Source: Ascidiella aspersa (Eukaryota). Taken from it: a stretch of DNA of 64,000 nt. Both the position numbers and the translations under genes were made by a program. Positions 35,885 through 47,779 of the stretch are shown one piece after another. Where the stretch lies: assembly GCA_963924565.1 (NCBI GenBank), contig OZ004612.1:10726001-10790000 (forward strand), written 5' to 3'. Each line of letters begins with the position of its first letter. The first letter of the stretch is position 1. The notes beneath the pieces are model-generated. The model was not told the origin of the DNA. It was given only the letters and a program-made list of their open reading frames with translations, and ran no database searches.

Positions 35885-38800
35885 TCATTTTTCAATTCCG
35901 GTAAGATTTACACTAATATCCCAAAGTTCTCTTGCTGCGGTTTGGTCTTTCGCATATTCCTTGAGTTGTGAGATGGCATTGTGTTCGAAGAATGAACCGC
36001 TGTGATTAATCACATGATCGTCCAACGCACAATACATGATCGTTTGACACCCTTCGTAGGATGATCTGAGGAGAAAAATAAAACAAATTGTGCTTTAATT
36101 TAAACCTGATTAAAAAAAATCGTTAGCGTAGGACAGTGTTTCTCAACCTTTTATGGCTAGCGACACCTCTCAGAAATAACAAATAGATTGCGGAACCCCT
36201 ACAAAATTTTTCCGTGAGTAATTCACTAGAATGTCACAATAAAACTGGAACAGCACACATCAACTCTACACAACGTAGGAAGTTAAAATTGGTTTTATTC
36301 CACACTAATCTTTACAAAAAAGTTGTAGGAGTGGAGTAAAAGTCAGATTCTTAAAGATTCTCAAATATCTCTCGGCACCCTTGTGCATTAGAAATGGCAC
36401 CCGAGTGTGCCGCGGCACCCCGGTTGAGAACCGCTGTCATAGGATCATGTATACAGGCATACAACAAATTAAAAAAAATTGCTCTGCAGGTAGCATCTTA
36501 TTCCTACATAAAAAAACAATTCGAATCGAGCCGAAGGAGACAATGTCCCTGAACTATTTTTCTTGTTCGCATGGCAGACTTGCGGAAACAGGCTTAAGTG
36601 AGAAAAATGCAACTCCAAACCATGATCGAGTTGTAAGATCGTTTACTGGAACTAAAATCCTACGCACCTTTTGTTAAGGTAAGTGAGGAATTTCCAGAGG
36701 TAAATAAACCAGCCTGGTCCTTGGCGAAGTATTCCAGTGTCGTGGACGGCACCTGGAAACAGACAAACATCGGTAGCTTTCAATATTCGATTAATAACCT
36801 ATGTCAGAAACTACCATCAACAGGGGTTTTAATACAATACGAGGTTGCAATGCGCTGCGGAATTGTATGGCATAGTCCAAAGCAGGGAGTCGAACCGTTT
36901 TACTTTTGTGGTTCAGGTTCGGTTCGGGTTCAAGTATTTTTTTGAAATCCAGTTCAGTTCCGGTTTCGGTTCGGAGTAATTTAAAAGTTCCGGTTCAGCT
37001 CCGGTTCGACCATCGTTATTTCAAAACCGGTTCATAAAGTTCCGGTTCGGATACAATAAAAGTTGCGTTAAATCGAAAAATGTTGGTCAATAAATGTCGA
37101 GAAACTGTAAGTCAATTAGTCTAAGTTATGTGACGTATTAAAAAATCAGCCATTCATTAGTAAAATACATGAAAAATAAAAAATCAACGTTTTATTTAAT
37201 CAATATTAATAATTTTTTGTAAAATTGGCATAACGTGACTATGTTAACTGCAAGTTGTGACGTCATGCTGGAGTGAGCCGCTTTTGTTTACAGGCTAGGG
37301 TACGGTTAGAGTTCAGGTTCTTTTCGTTTGTTCGGTTTAGTTCCGGTTCGGATCCTTAAAATATTACAAAAAACGGTTCAGGTTCGGTTACGGTTCAGAA
37401 AAACTTGGCCCAAAACCGGTTCATAAAGTTCCGATTTGGTTCCGGTTCGACTCTAAAGTAGGTAGTGAACACAGTGCATCTATTGAATGTACGACACCTA
37501 GGTTATACTACGATATTGCCAGTATAAATTGTTGTGACAATATATGCAACGCACGTGCTACAGTATGAAGTCAATTATTGAATTCACTGTATCACATATA
37601 ATTGGCTAAATTATATTTCAATAAAGGCTTAGGCCCTACATTTTTAGGGAGATAGCAGCAAAGCATTGTGTATAATATGCTTTGGCTTTTAAGAGAAGCA
37701 AATAAATAAACTTCTACAATTTTTTCAAGTTAATATAAAAATGTCCAAGCCTATAAAAGATATCACTATTTTTCAAAACTTGTCCTTAATTTACGATCTT
37801 ACCTGGACATATAGCGTATGAAGTAATTCCATATTTTTCCTTTAAAAGTCGATTAAGATGTAGAGTAAAAAGTATATTAGCCAATTTACTGTAGCCGTAG
37901 GTAACAAGTTGTCCATGAGTGTCCCCTGGGTCAGCTTGTTTCAAAAACTCAAAGTCAAACTTTCCCGAAAATCTAAACACGTTTTAACTTGATGAAAAAT
38001 GCACAAACATATACTTTAACATTCCAAAAAATACTTTAACTTATGCATAAATAGTTTCATAATATTGTTGTTAAACAAAAATCCATGGCCAATTAACAAG
38101 AAAAAGGCGGTGTCGAAAATAGCATGAAATATAAATGCCATGCGTTGAAAACTGATAAAACAGCCTGCTAATTTTGCAAACAACGATACTAGTTAACAAA
38201 TTTTACAGCCCAACACATCGGGTATTGTGTATCGGAATACAAAGTATAACTAGTTCCAACCATTTGATCAAAAGGCAAACTCTCTTTTTCTTTAAAATCA
38301 TTTTTTTTTTCATTTTAAAATAATAATCAAATATTGAATAAAGGCCTTCACCAAAATGTTTTTTGCCATTTCATATAGGGTCCTCTTGTTGTGCGCATAT
38401 TAAATTACATGAATGCCTTTTATAGCATTTTTTAGTTAGACGAAACGACCGAAATGACGACCAGTGTTCGCAAAGAAAAAAACAAATACACAGTTCCAGA
38501 CATTCCAGTTAGCTCTCACACATATCCAGAGGACGAAACGTTGATGATTCTGGCTCCGCTTTTGCCGTTGCTTGATCGCCTCTTCAGTGTTTTCAGCAGC
38601 AAGTTGGTAAGCAGGAAGGGTCCAAGGTGGTTAACAGCAAACACACGGTTAATACCTTGCTTTGTTAAACCTCGTAAAACTGCAACTCCTGGTAAACATC
38701 AAAATCACCGTACTTTACTCCAATGCTTCTTAATTTTTTTTAGTTTTGTTCACCCCTGGCATCTCCAGATTTCATTCACCCTTGTCTCATGATATCATAA

Positions 38801-40357
38801 AACTATCTCTTCTATATATAATAGCACAAAATGACTTAAGTTGTTTCGATTGTTGTTAAGATCAACTTATACTAAGTTTTACCATTGAAAATTTACAATT
38901 TCTCGAGTCCAGAAATATAAAGCTACAAAAGCACAAAACACAGTCACCAATTTTTGTTCTTAAACTCTCAGTGCAAACTAACTTTACTATTACAATAAAC
39001 AAAAAAGCAACAGTTCAGTAGTCGATTTACTGCGGACCTATCATACATTTCTGACGGTTCACCCTTATTCACCCCTTTTGATTGCCCTGAAAAAATTTTG
39101 TTCACCCTGGGGTGAATTATTCACCTGATTAAGAACCACTGCTTTACTCAATAGTTGAAATGAAATTTATCAAAAAAAGGTTCAGCGCAGTGACACTCGT
39201 CACCGTAACATCCAACGGCTGTAAGTTCTGAATCCATTTTGGTGTTGCTATTTGAATATTCGAAACAGAGTTTAAATGTAAGACGAAATAAGAATATCAA
39301 AGACTATGTTAAAAATACATAAATAGTTAGTTATTCGAAACGTTCAAAATGATATCTATACTTCTGTATGGGCTTCGATATTCTTATTACGTCTTACTAC
39401 AACCTCCAACCATTATGCTCCAAAGTTTAAATATAGAAAATACCGACAAATCAATAAAACCTGCATTGTTGACTAAAATGTCGAACTTCTCTTCTTTTTC
39501 GTTTATTTCTTTGGCAAACTTGTGAACTGAATCGTAATTTTCAAGGTCTAGTTGACAGGATTCAATCTAAAACAACAAAACGATACTAATACCATTTGTT
39601 TGTTTTTTGTCACGGGTTTTTAACCTGTTTGAGCTTGCGGCGCACCGCACATTTTCTACAAAACAATGTTAACAATCATCTTTATACTTGGAAGATTTGA
39701 AGAACAATGGTAAATAAGTATAATATTAAAAATATTTAAACGATAATGTGCTTTCGAGTATCGCATGCTTGCTTAAAATTGCTTGTCAAATATTTTCTAA
39801 CTTTTTCATATTTATGCAACACACTTGAGGATTTCTCAAAGCATTCATTTCTACTGCGGCTCAAAGTTTGGGAACCACTGATTAAGCTTTTAAAAATGCC
39901 GTAACATTTTTCACTAGGTAATATAGTTGGACTTTGTAAAGTCTAAAACAGTAAATACCAACATTTTTGTTTCCTGATTCTTTAATAATTTCATCCTTAG
40001 CTGTTGATAATTTATTAAGATTGTGGGCCGCAATTATAACCCTAGCTCCCAATTTCGCGAATTCTGTGGCGGCAGCTTTACCAATTCCGCTACTCCCTCC
40101 TGTAAAAAGTGCTATACTTAGGTGTGCATGTTAATCAAAACAATATTTTAAAAAACAGTACATCAACTCAAACCGTTTAAAGTATCACATGTGATGCCAT
40201 AAAATATAAAATTAATAATACAAATACCTGTAATTAGAACTGTCTTTCCGTTCAGATTTTTGGTAGTTGTGTATATCGGGCTACGTTGGCTCATTTTAGC
40301 GAGTAAAAATGCAACAATAATGCCCAAGATGAGTAATATGATCGTTGTATATAACAT
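35885..40357 (-). CDS. Short-chain dehydrogenase/reductase, retinol dehydrogenase 11/12/13-like, with N-terminal membrane anchor; 7 exons, 325 aa
   Basis: Minus-strand exons 40357-40228, 40099-39963, 39566-39461, 38688-38520, 37972-37803, 36752-36668, 36065-35885 (978 nt, phases match). Motifs: TGGSSGIG (Rossmann), DILVNNAG, FAVNHLGPFLLTNLLL, RIINVSS, catalytic YGYSK-LANILFT, AARELWDIS. Hydrophobic N-terminus IILLILGIIVAFLLA. Confidence 0.93.
36134..36436. mobile_element. hAT-type MITE (~300 bp), same family as 60286-60574
   Basis: TIRs CAGTGTTTCTCAACC / GGTTGAGAACCGCTG; the internal sequence is the reverse-complement homologue of 60286-60574. Confidence 0.85.
36883..37456. mobile_element. 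MITE-like element with GGTTC(C/G/A) subterminal micro-repeats
   Basis: Terminal inverted motif GAGTCGAACC / GGTTCGACTC; dense GGTTCGG/GGTTCAG arrays at both ends; AAAACCGGTTCATAAAGTTCCG is present twice. Confidence 0.65.
38721..39141. mobile_element. hAT-type MITE in an SDR intron
   Basis: Ends CAATGCTTCTTAAT / ATTAAGAACCACTG; perfect 8-bp TSD CTTTACTC (38713-38720, 39142-39149). Confidence 0.8.
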
Positions 40358-40909
40358 TTTGATAGAAGTTCTTGATAAAAAGGTTTTTATAATGACTATA
40401 TAGTTAAAAGTTTGGTAAACGAATAATTCTAATCACAATATTACAATTAATTGTTATCGTGTAGCGGAAGGCCACCACAACTCATAGCCTATACACTAAT
40501 CTATTTGCTCCCACTTCATGTATGCAAAAACCATATCAGCAGTAGCAACACCGCATCTTTCAAAGCAAAGGTTTCTGCTGCTATCCTGTACATACAGCAA
40601 AGTTCTATTAAATGCATGTTATGACTACGAAGGCACTTGAACTCCTGCTTGGTGCGCGTATTGCCATACAGCTTCATGAGGCGTGGTTTTACAGTGCTGA
40701 ATACATTATAGTTTCTAATTTTTACCATAGATTTTGTTTTCTTTTCCAATATCTTTCTATTGGCGTGCAACGTTTAACATAGTAACTTGACCTCATCTCA
40801 AAAGACGCAGTCCAAACCATATTTGTGGCTTTTCCCTGACAGTAAAGCAAACAACCCTAGATCCAAACTGCCGTTGTCTATGTCTGACATGATAACTGTC
40901 TATCTAACA

Positions 40910-41189
40910 CAGCGGTTCTCAACCAGTGGGCCATGGCTCACTGGTGGGCCGTAAGAACATTTGAGGTGGGCCACAGACCAATGTAAAAAAGCTAGAAAGT
41001 TACATTTGTGTCACTATATTTAATTTTACAGGAATAATGGCTTGGGGAGGAATTATAAAGGAATTTAAATTTATTGTTAAGCAGCAAGTATTTCACTAAT
41101 GCCCGGTTGAATAAATAATCCGTTTTGAAATATGTTCTGCTGTGTTTTGTTCCAAAACTACCACGAAAGAAAAAGGTTGAGAACCACTG
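40910..41189. mobile_element. hAT-type MITE
   Basis: TIRs CAGCGGTTCTCAACC / GGTTGAGAACCACTG; perfect TSD ATCTAACA. Confidence 0.9.
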
Positions 41190-44100
41190 ATCTAACAAAT
41201 CACAGACAATTCTCATATACAAGTATATGCAAATGACACCGAAAACGAATAAGTATGCATTTGTCACGTTCTCGCTATAGAGAGGATATGACGTACACTC
41301 GACAATGCGTTGACGGCTTGTTTCTCCAAAATTGTTATGTATTTGTCGGGACGCACAAGAAACATCAAGGGCACGCATAAAATGGTTTAAATCAGTGATC
41401 GGCAAACTTTTTTCGTTGCGGCCCAAATTACTCTTTTCGGAGCTATTGAAGGCCCACTACGTAAAACCACTAAGAAAACAGTGTCAGGGTAGTTGCTTTA
41501 AGTTGGAGACATTAGAAGGACGCTACAAAGTTGAAACCACTTCTTTTTCTCGTAAAAACGTTTGCGCAAATATGAAGCTAAATCCAGTTTAATTACACAT
41601 ATAAAAAATAAATAAGTAAATAAAACCTAAATTGGGTTAATTAGTTTTGAATTGGAAAAACTTCAATTAGAAGGATACGTGACGAATATTGCTCGAAATA
41701 ACGGCATTTATAGTATAATAATTTAACAGAAATTAAACGTACAGTTATGAGTCTTGCGACTCAAGAAATTATGCATGTCATTTTTGGACTGAACAGATTT
41801 TAAGTATGAAAACGATGATAAGAATTTATTGTGTTTATTTAGGGTGATTTCAGGGTTAATTTATTTTGCGATGTAAATTTTGCCCTTGAAGGCCGTAATA
41901 GAACTGTCTTGAGCAGCACATCTAAGCTTGGTCAAATTATTGACCTGGTCCTGGTGGGTCAATCCCATGTGCAATGACTGGAAAGTTTCGTTTCACCTTT
42001 TGCCAATAGCAAGATTTATTCGCAATTATATTAAAATAGACCGACTACTGCCTTGATGGTGAAATCAACAGCAATTTAAGTTCAATTTTCTACTTCATTT
42101 AATGCCTTTCTTCGCAGAAGCACTTTAGTTATGCTTTTCGCCTAATTGAAGTGAATTAAATTAGAACAAAAACAGAACGTTTACATGTCTTCTATCAGAA
42201 TCTCCTTGTTTACGTAAACATGCAAATATCAGTAGGCTATCAACAGAAAAATTCAACAGAAAAAATCAAAAACAACTAAAATAAATCAGTTTCAATCGGA
42301 ACTCGTTGCTTGATTCGTTTGCGGTCATGTTGGCGCCGGAAATTCAAATAAGACGAATTTCTTTGGTTGTCCCTCTCCCCCACATATCAATATGTGCTAC
42401 TTGTTTTCATGCTTTTAAATAAACAGCTGTGTGTAGGCCAAAATCTTACAGCCAATTTACAGTGGCGAACAAAATTTTAATTACACATCATTTTGGTTAT
42501 AGTTGTTCGGACTATATTGTGTTTGCCGAATCCGTTTCAGGAATAACTAGACTGGCAAGTGTTGCTTTGTTTGTTGTAAAACAAGATAAGTAACTAAGTG
42601 CGTACACGATGTTCTCATTTTTTTCGACCAAGAATGAACTGCATGAACAGATCACAAATAAACAAGTTGAATATAGCGCTCCATTCGTCGTGCGAGCGTC
42701 CATCGGTTTGAATTTAAAATCCGATAGACGTTTTCGTTTTGTTTATCATAACAAAGCTGTGGTAGACGTTTTGTTGACAAACCTAGTTACAGCGCTGTTC
42801 ACACATGTAAGGCGGCGTAACCCAGCTCTAATCCAATACCAATAATCAATCAGAGATTTCGGAGTGACGTAGTTCTGCACCAGAAAAAAAAACGTGACTG
42901 AGTTTTCTGTACAGTTAAGGCTCGCGAACAATGCTGGAATCGTACGCCATATATACGGCTCGTTTTTTTGCCGCGAGTCTTATAGGAGATATAAGCCCGA
43001 GGCGATGCAGTCTCCTCTGTTTATTGACTTCACACGAGTCTGACAGTTGTACGTGGTTAATTGGCACTGAAAAATCGGTTTGTCGTCGTAAATATGCGCC
43101 ATCGCATTTAGCACCAGTGTAAATTACAGAAGACAGTGTGGATAACATTGCATTTTTCCTAGGTGTTTGGTGGACTATACAGAAACCCACTTTGTTTACT
43201 AAATTTTGGTTGATACTGAAAATATATGAAAGCAATATGCGAATGTATTAAAAACGTCAAAAAGAAAATATTGTAATTAGATATGTCAGTATACAAAAAT
43301 TGAGCGAGGTTGTCTGTTTCACTAAACGAGTTAAAATGAAGAAAAAAACTAAGCGAATGCAGGAAGTTTAATCAATTCAAACACTTTTGATGGATTGGTA
43401 AAGTGTAGAGGTTAAGACTATCAAACACTATTACAAAGATCTGTGAGTCTGTTCAGAAGGTTGCTTGGCTGTGCAACAAAGAAAAAACAAGCCCCAGAGA
43501 AAATTGCATTTACTTACAAATTAGGTTTGCAAAAAAAGTGTTTGTCGAAAAGCAGAACACTCAGACAGTACAAAAAAACAATATTCATTACACTTTGTTC
43601 GGATTTTCGCATAACAAAGTTGTTATAAGCTTCGGTCGCAATGGTAGGCCTACGTAAATTATTAGTGGCATGCATAAATGTACGAAAAGTACCACAACTC
43701 TTTCCAGTAAAGTTTCCTTGCCTGATGCTTTTTCAACAATTAAGTATAACCAACAAAGAATTAACAAGTGTATGTTAATTGTTAACTGACATCTGTAGAA
43801 CATACCGCACTCAATTGTAATTTAACCATAGACCTTATCAGTTTACCATGATGGAATCACTTCATCAAAATATGGCCGGGCTTATTTTAACTTAAAGATA
43901 TACGTTTTCTTTAAAAAGCGCTATACAGTTGTTCACTGCCTTCGCTGCTTCAGCCAAAACATTAATATGAAATCAGCACAGTGAACCTATGGCCAGGGAT
44001 GAAATGAATGTCAAACGAGAGCTAACAGTCTAAAATTCCAAAATCTGATAACCAAACAACACGAAAAGCGGCGTTTTTTAAAGAATGAAAAAGTTTGGAT

Positions 44101-45499
44101 ACACAGCAATTATATACGTGATATGTCAACTCGTGTGTTTCAGTCTTATTGCGCCCGATGAACGCTTTTTAGAGTAACACCACTCTTGGCTTAACAAAGC
44201 CTTTTCGGTATTTTTCTATTAATTCGGTTGTTTCCTAGTTCACTGTCGCCGTAATGTTACAGACTACGGAACTGCGGATATTGCACGTCACAAACGAGTC
44301 GTCGTTTAGAAACATAACGGCGGCAATATTTTCTTTACTTAGCACACGTTTACAAATGAAAACTACTGGCATCGTAAATGCCGCATGCCCTTTACTTCGC
44401 ATTACCCATTTGGCCGAGAAATCGCCGTAAGTGAATTAAAACTGCAATTTGGGGAACGCTAGATCCCATAAGGGTCAATTGCATATTGAGTGTGCATAAA
44501 AAATCGTCCCTCCATAGCAAAGTCGGCAACCTTTTTAGCTAACGGAGCAATAAAGGCTGTATATTTTTTGTTGTATTTCTGAGAGAGCCACATAATATTT
44601 TTTTAATATAGCTTTTGGGTAGCAAAACTTGTGACTTAAATAAAGCGCCATTTATTTCGTTCATTAAGAGGAAGGCATCGCTTAGAGCCTTAGATGGAGA
44701 AACTTCCACGGGGTATAACATACCACACACGAAAATAGATTTGCGCGAAGCTCAAAAACACCTGTTATTGCAGTGAGTGTATAGTTTGGGCTTGCGCAAA
44801 AATGTGTTTTATATTTCGTCCACTTTTATGCGGGAATTAAATTGTAATTGCAGTAAACGAAAAATGATTAAAAGATGGATATACACTTCAAGAGAAACAT
44901 AGTTAATGGTATAATTTTTTTGGCTTCTTTCGAGAAAGATGCATAATAATTTCGCTTTTTCTATTCTTTTGTGAAATATGTAGTGTTCCGTACAGTAAAA
45001 AGGTTGTCAATAAAATTAAAAGGCGACGCGGAACAGTAAAATTTGCAGTGACCTTTACAAAACCTCTAAAAGCCGATCGTCGGTCTCACAAAGTGGTTCC
45101 GAGAAGACGCCCACTGGCGAAGTAAAACTCTCTCTTGAATGCTTTGGAATTTTCCACCTTTTATTTTTAGATATAAGCACCTCACCATGTCTTGGTTCGT
45201 GATTCTATTGCTTGGAATTTTAAAATAACTGTCGACATATGTTGTGTTAAAAAAGCCTACAAATGGGCAAGTCCTTAGTGAATGTTGATTATGTATTATT
45301 ATCGCGATAAACCAATGAAGAAACAGCATGTTTTGTTAGATATATTCAAAAAATCAACTTTATGTTTTCTTACACTGCAAAAATGAAAAATGATATAATA
45401 CTGCTTTTGCGTCAATAGTTAAACACAATACAGATTTGTTAGGTTGAGAATTTGATAAATGCTATGATTGCAATAAAACCGTGAAGCGATAAATCAGGT

Positions 45500-45900
45500 C
45501 AAGGTTGAGTGACGTCATGCGCCATTAACCAACCCAAAGAAGCCAAATGCGTTATTTATTAAACGAATCTACACGGATCACGCTGCTTTGAATGCAATAG
45601 CAAACGAATTAGCGTTCATTTCCGTCTTCGTTGCCTCAATCGCCTTTTGCGCATGATTATCGCAACTTGCAGTAATTAACTGCGAATGTGTATGTACGCG
45701 GCGGCGTTAATTACAGCGTTCCGCGAGGTTTAAGCTGGCTCGACAAGGGAGGAGATTTAAACAGCACTTGCGATCAGTCGTCACGGGACTGAAGGTCGTC
45801 GTTTAAAAGCACGAGTGGTCAGCGATTTGCGGGCTCGAGAGAGGAATTTCGCGTTTGCTACTGCTGCTGGCCAAAATTGACTTTTCGCGTTCGCCCGAAG
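45500..45900 (+). promoter_or_regulatory. Candidate promoter and non-coding first exon of the mini-plakin gene
   Basis: CpG-rich block with TGACGTCA (CRE) near 45510, ending in donor-like GAAG/GTATAT at 45900/45901. An acceptor TTTAG at 47741 precedes the ATG at 47780. Confidence 0.3.
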
Positions 45901-47779
45901 GTATATATGTTGACGCTTGCTGTCGCGACTTGGCTCGTATACGCGAAAGTCGAGGAGATTGTTCAGGGATATCCTGGTCGCCCGTATTGCGCCAAGTTCG
46001 CCTGAAAAATGGGCGGGGAGTATAGTTTGTCTGTCAAACAGATTGGCTTCGTTTTCAAGGTGTTTGTGTTTGCCATGGATTTTTGTGCTCAAGAATCGAC
46101 CAGTGTTGTTAGGGATGATTGCGTGTCATACTTTTTTTAATTTTTTGCACTTGTATAAATTTATGGATGCTATTGTGTCGGCGACAGATTAAAATTTAAA
46201 AAGGGAGAGTTTGGATTAACGCTAGGTTTTTTTCAAATTTCATCCTGATGAACTTTGCTCAAGACACCAAAGTTCCCTTTGGCTTTGTTTACGTGTTGGA
46301 AAGTTATCGGTAGTAAAATTGACCAAAAAATGGTTTTGACTGCACTTTTGTCTGGATATGTTTAGTTGACTGTTTGCGGTTTCAATCTATTTTTATTAGT
46401 CTAATATTACTTTATATTAATTAAGAGTTTTCTCTAGTCTTATTGTAGTGAATTTAATGTATGAAGCAAACAGCATTTATATTACTTGCTGTCTAAAGGC
46501 ATTGTTTGTAGACTTTAAGGATAAAATGCCAGGTCATGTTTTTTTTACTTTTATCACCGAGAGCACGTGTGTGATTACAAAAATAGTTTTTGGCAACTTT
46601 GCTGACCAGAAATAGTTTTTTTGGTAAACTATAGAAAGTGAGGTTTAACGTTAAACTTTAATCCTCATGAGCTAACTTTGATCGAAGACATTATTATTTA
46701 AGATGTTAAAAACGAACGTAATTTACAAATAAACCAAATAGACTGCTAAGACAGTTACCGCCGATTTGGGTAAAGACGTCATCAAAGCACTTAATCTACT
46801 AATATTGCAGCTTCTTCGTAGTATTACATATAGCACTTTTTAGATTGTCTTACGTTAATTAAACTGCGTCATATAAACAGTTAAACACGTACTTCAAAAA
46901 CACTGCGTATAGTTATATTTACGAATAGATTAAACGTCTATAATATCTGATCAAGATTAATCTAGTGGGTCTGTTGGCTGGAAATTCCTCGGGGAAAATC
47001 CAAACGCTTTGCAAATGCATTAATTACCGTGATTATAGCGGACAGTATGCCGCTTGCTTTACACAGATACTCTTCCCAGGCAACTATATAAAGTTTATGT
47101 CTATTAATGACGTAAATTGTGACTAATTGTTGTTATTTAAAGTCAACTTCGAACCTGTTTTATGTCCCAAGGCGTCATCTATCCTTATTTTTAAAGTGTG
47201 GCATTTAAACTATAAATGAAAGTTTTAATTAGATTATCAAACTGGACCGATGGCAAACTTAGGAGAAAAAAACAAATACTAAGCGAAAATCTGTGGTTCG
47301 ACGAAATTTGCACAATAATATGGGGTTCGATAGGGTACCAAAGGTTAAGAACCACTGTTCTAAGGTTATGTGATGTATAATGGCCACTCTAAAAAACAAA
47401 AATTCGTCATTGCCTAATTTTGGAGTGAAATTACACTAAAGATTTATTTTTCGACACAAACGGTTGTCAAGATAAGAAAATATCTGACAACTTCAATACT
47501 AAATGCACCTGAGTTAAACATATATTCAACTTTTTAATCTTTAATTACTTGAAGTTACAACTCTTGTGTGGGATTTGCTTTGTTGGTATTTAGGTAATTT
47601 GTGTTTAAAAACCCAAAGCTGTGCGTTTGTTCTACGCGCCCAAAATAATCGTTTCTGTATATTTCCAGGGAGAACTTTAATATTGTTTCTAGAAGGCCCG
47701 ATATGAGCGTCGATTATTAGTATCGCTTTGTCGATCTTTAGTCTGCAACACAAACAAGTATTTGCGTAATATCAGAATA

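Noticed and set aside
40992-41426. 144-aa minus-strand ORF
   Set aside because: Overlaps MITE sequence and has no transposase motifs.
46244-46280. CTGATGA followed by a hairpin (hammerhead-like)
   Set aside because: No GAAA after the stem. The CTGATGA near 6659 fails for the same reason.
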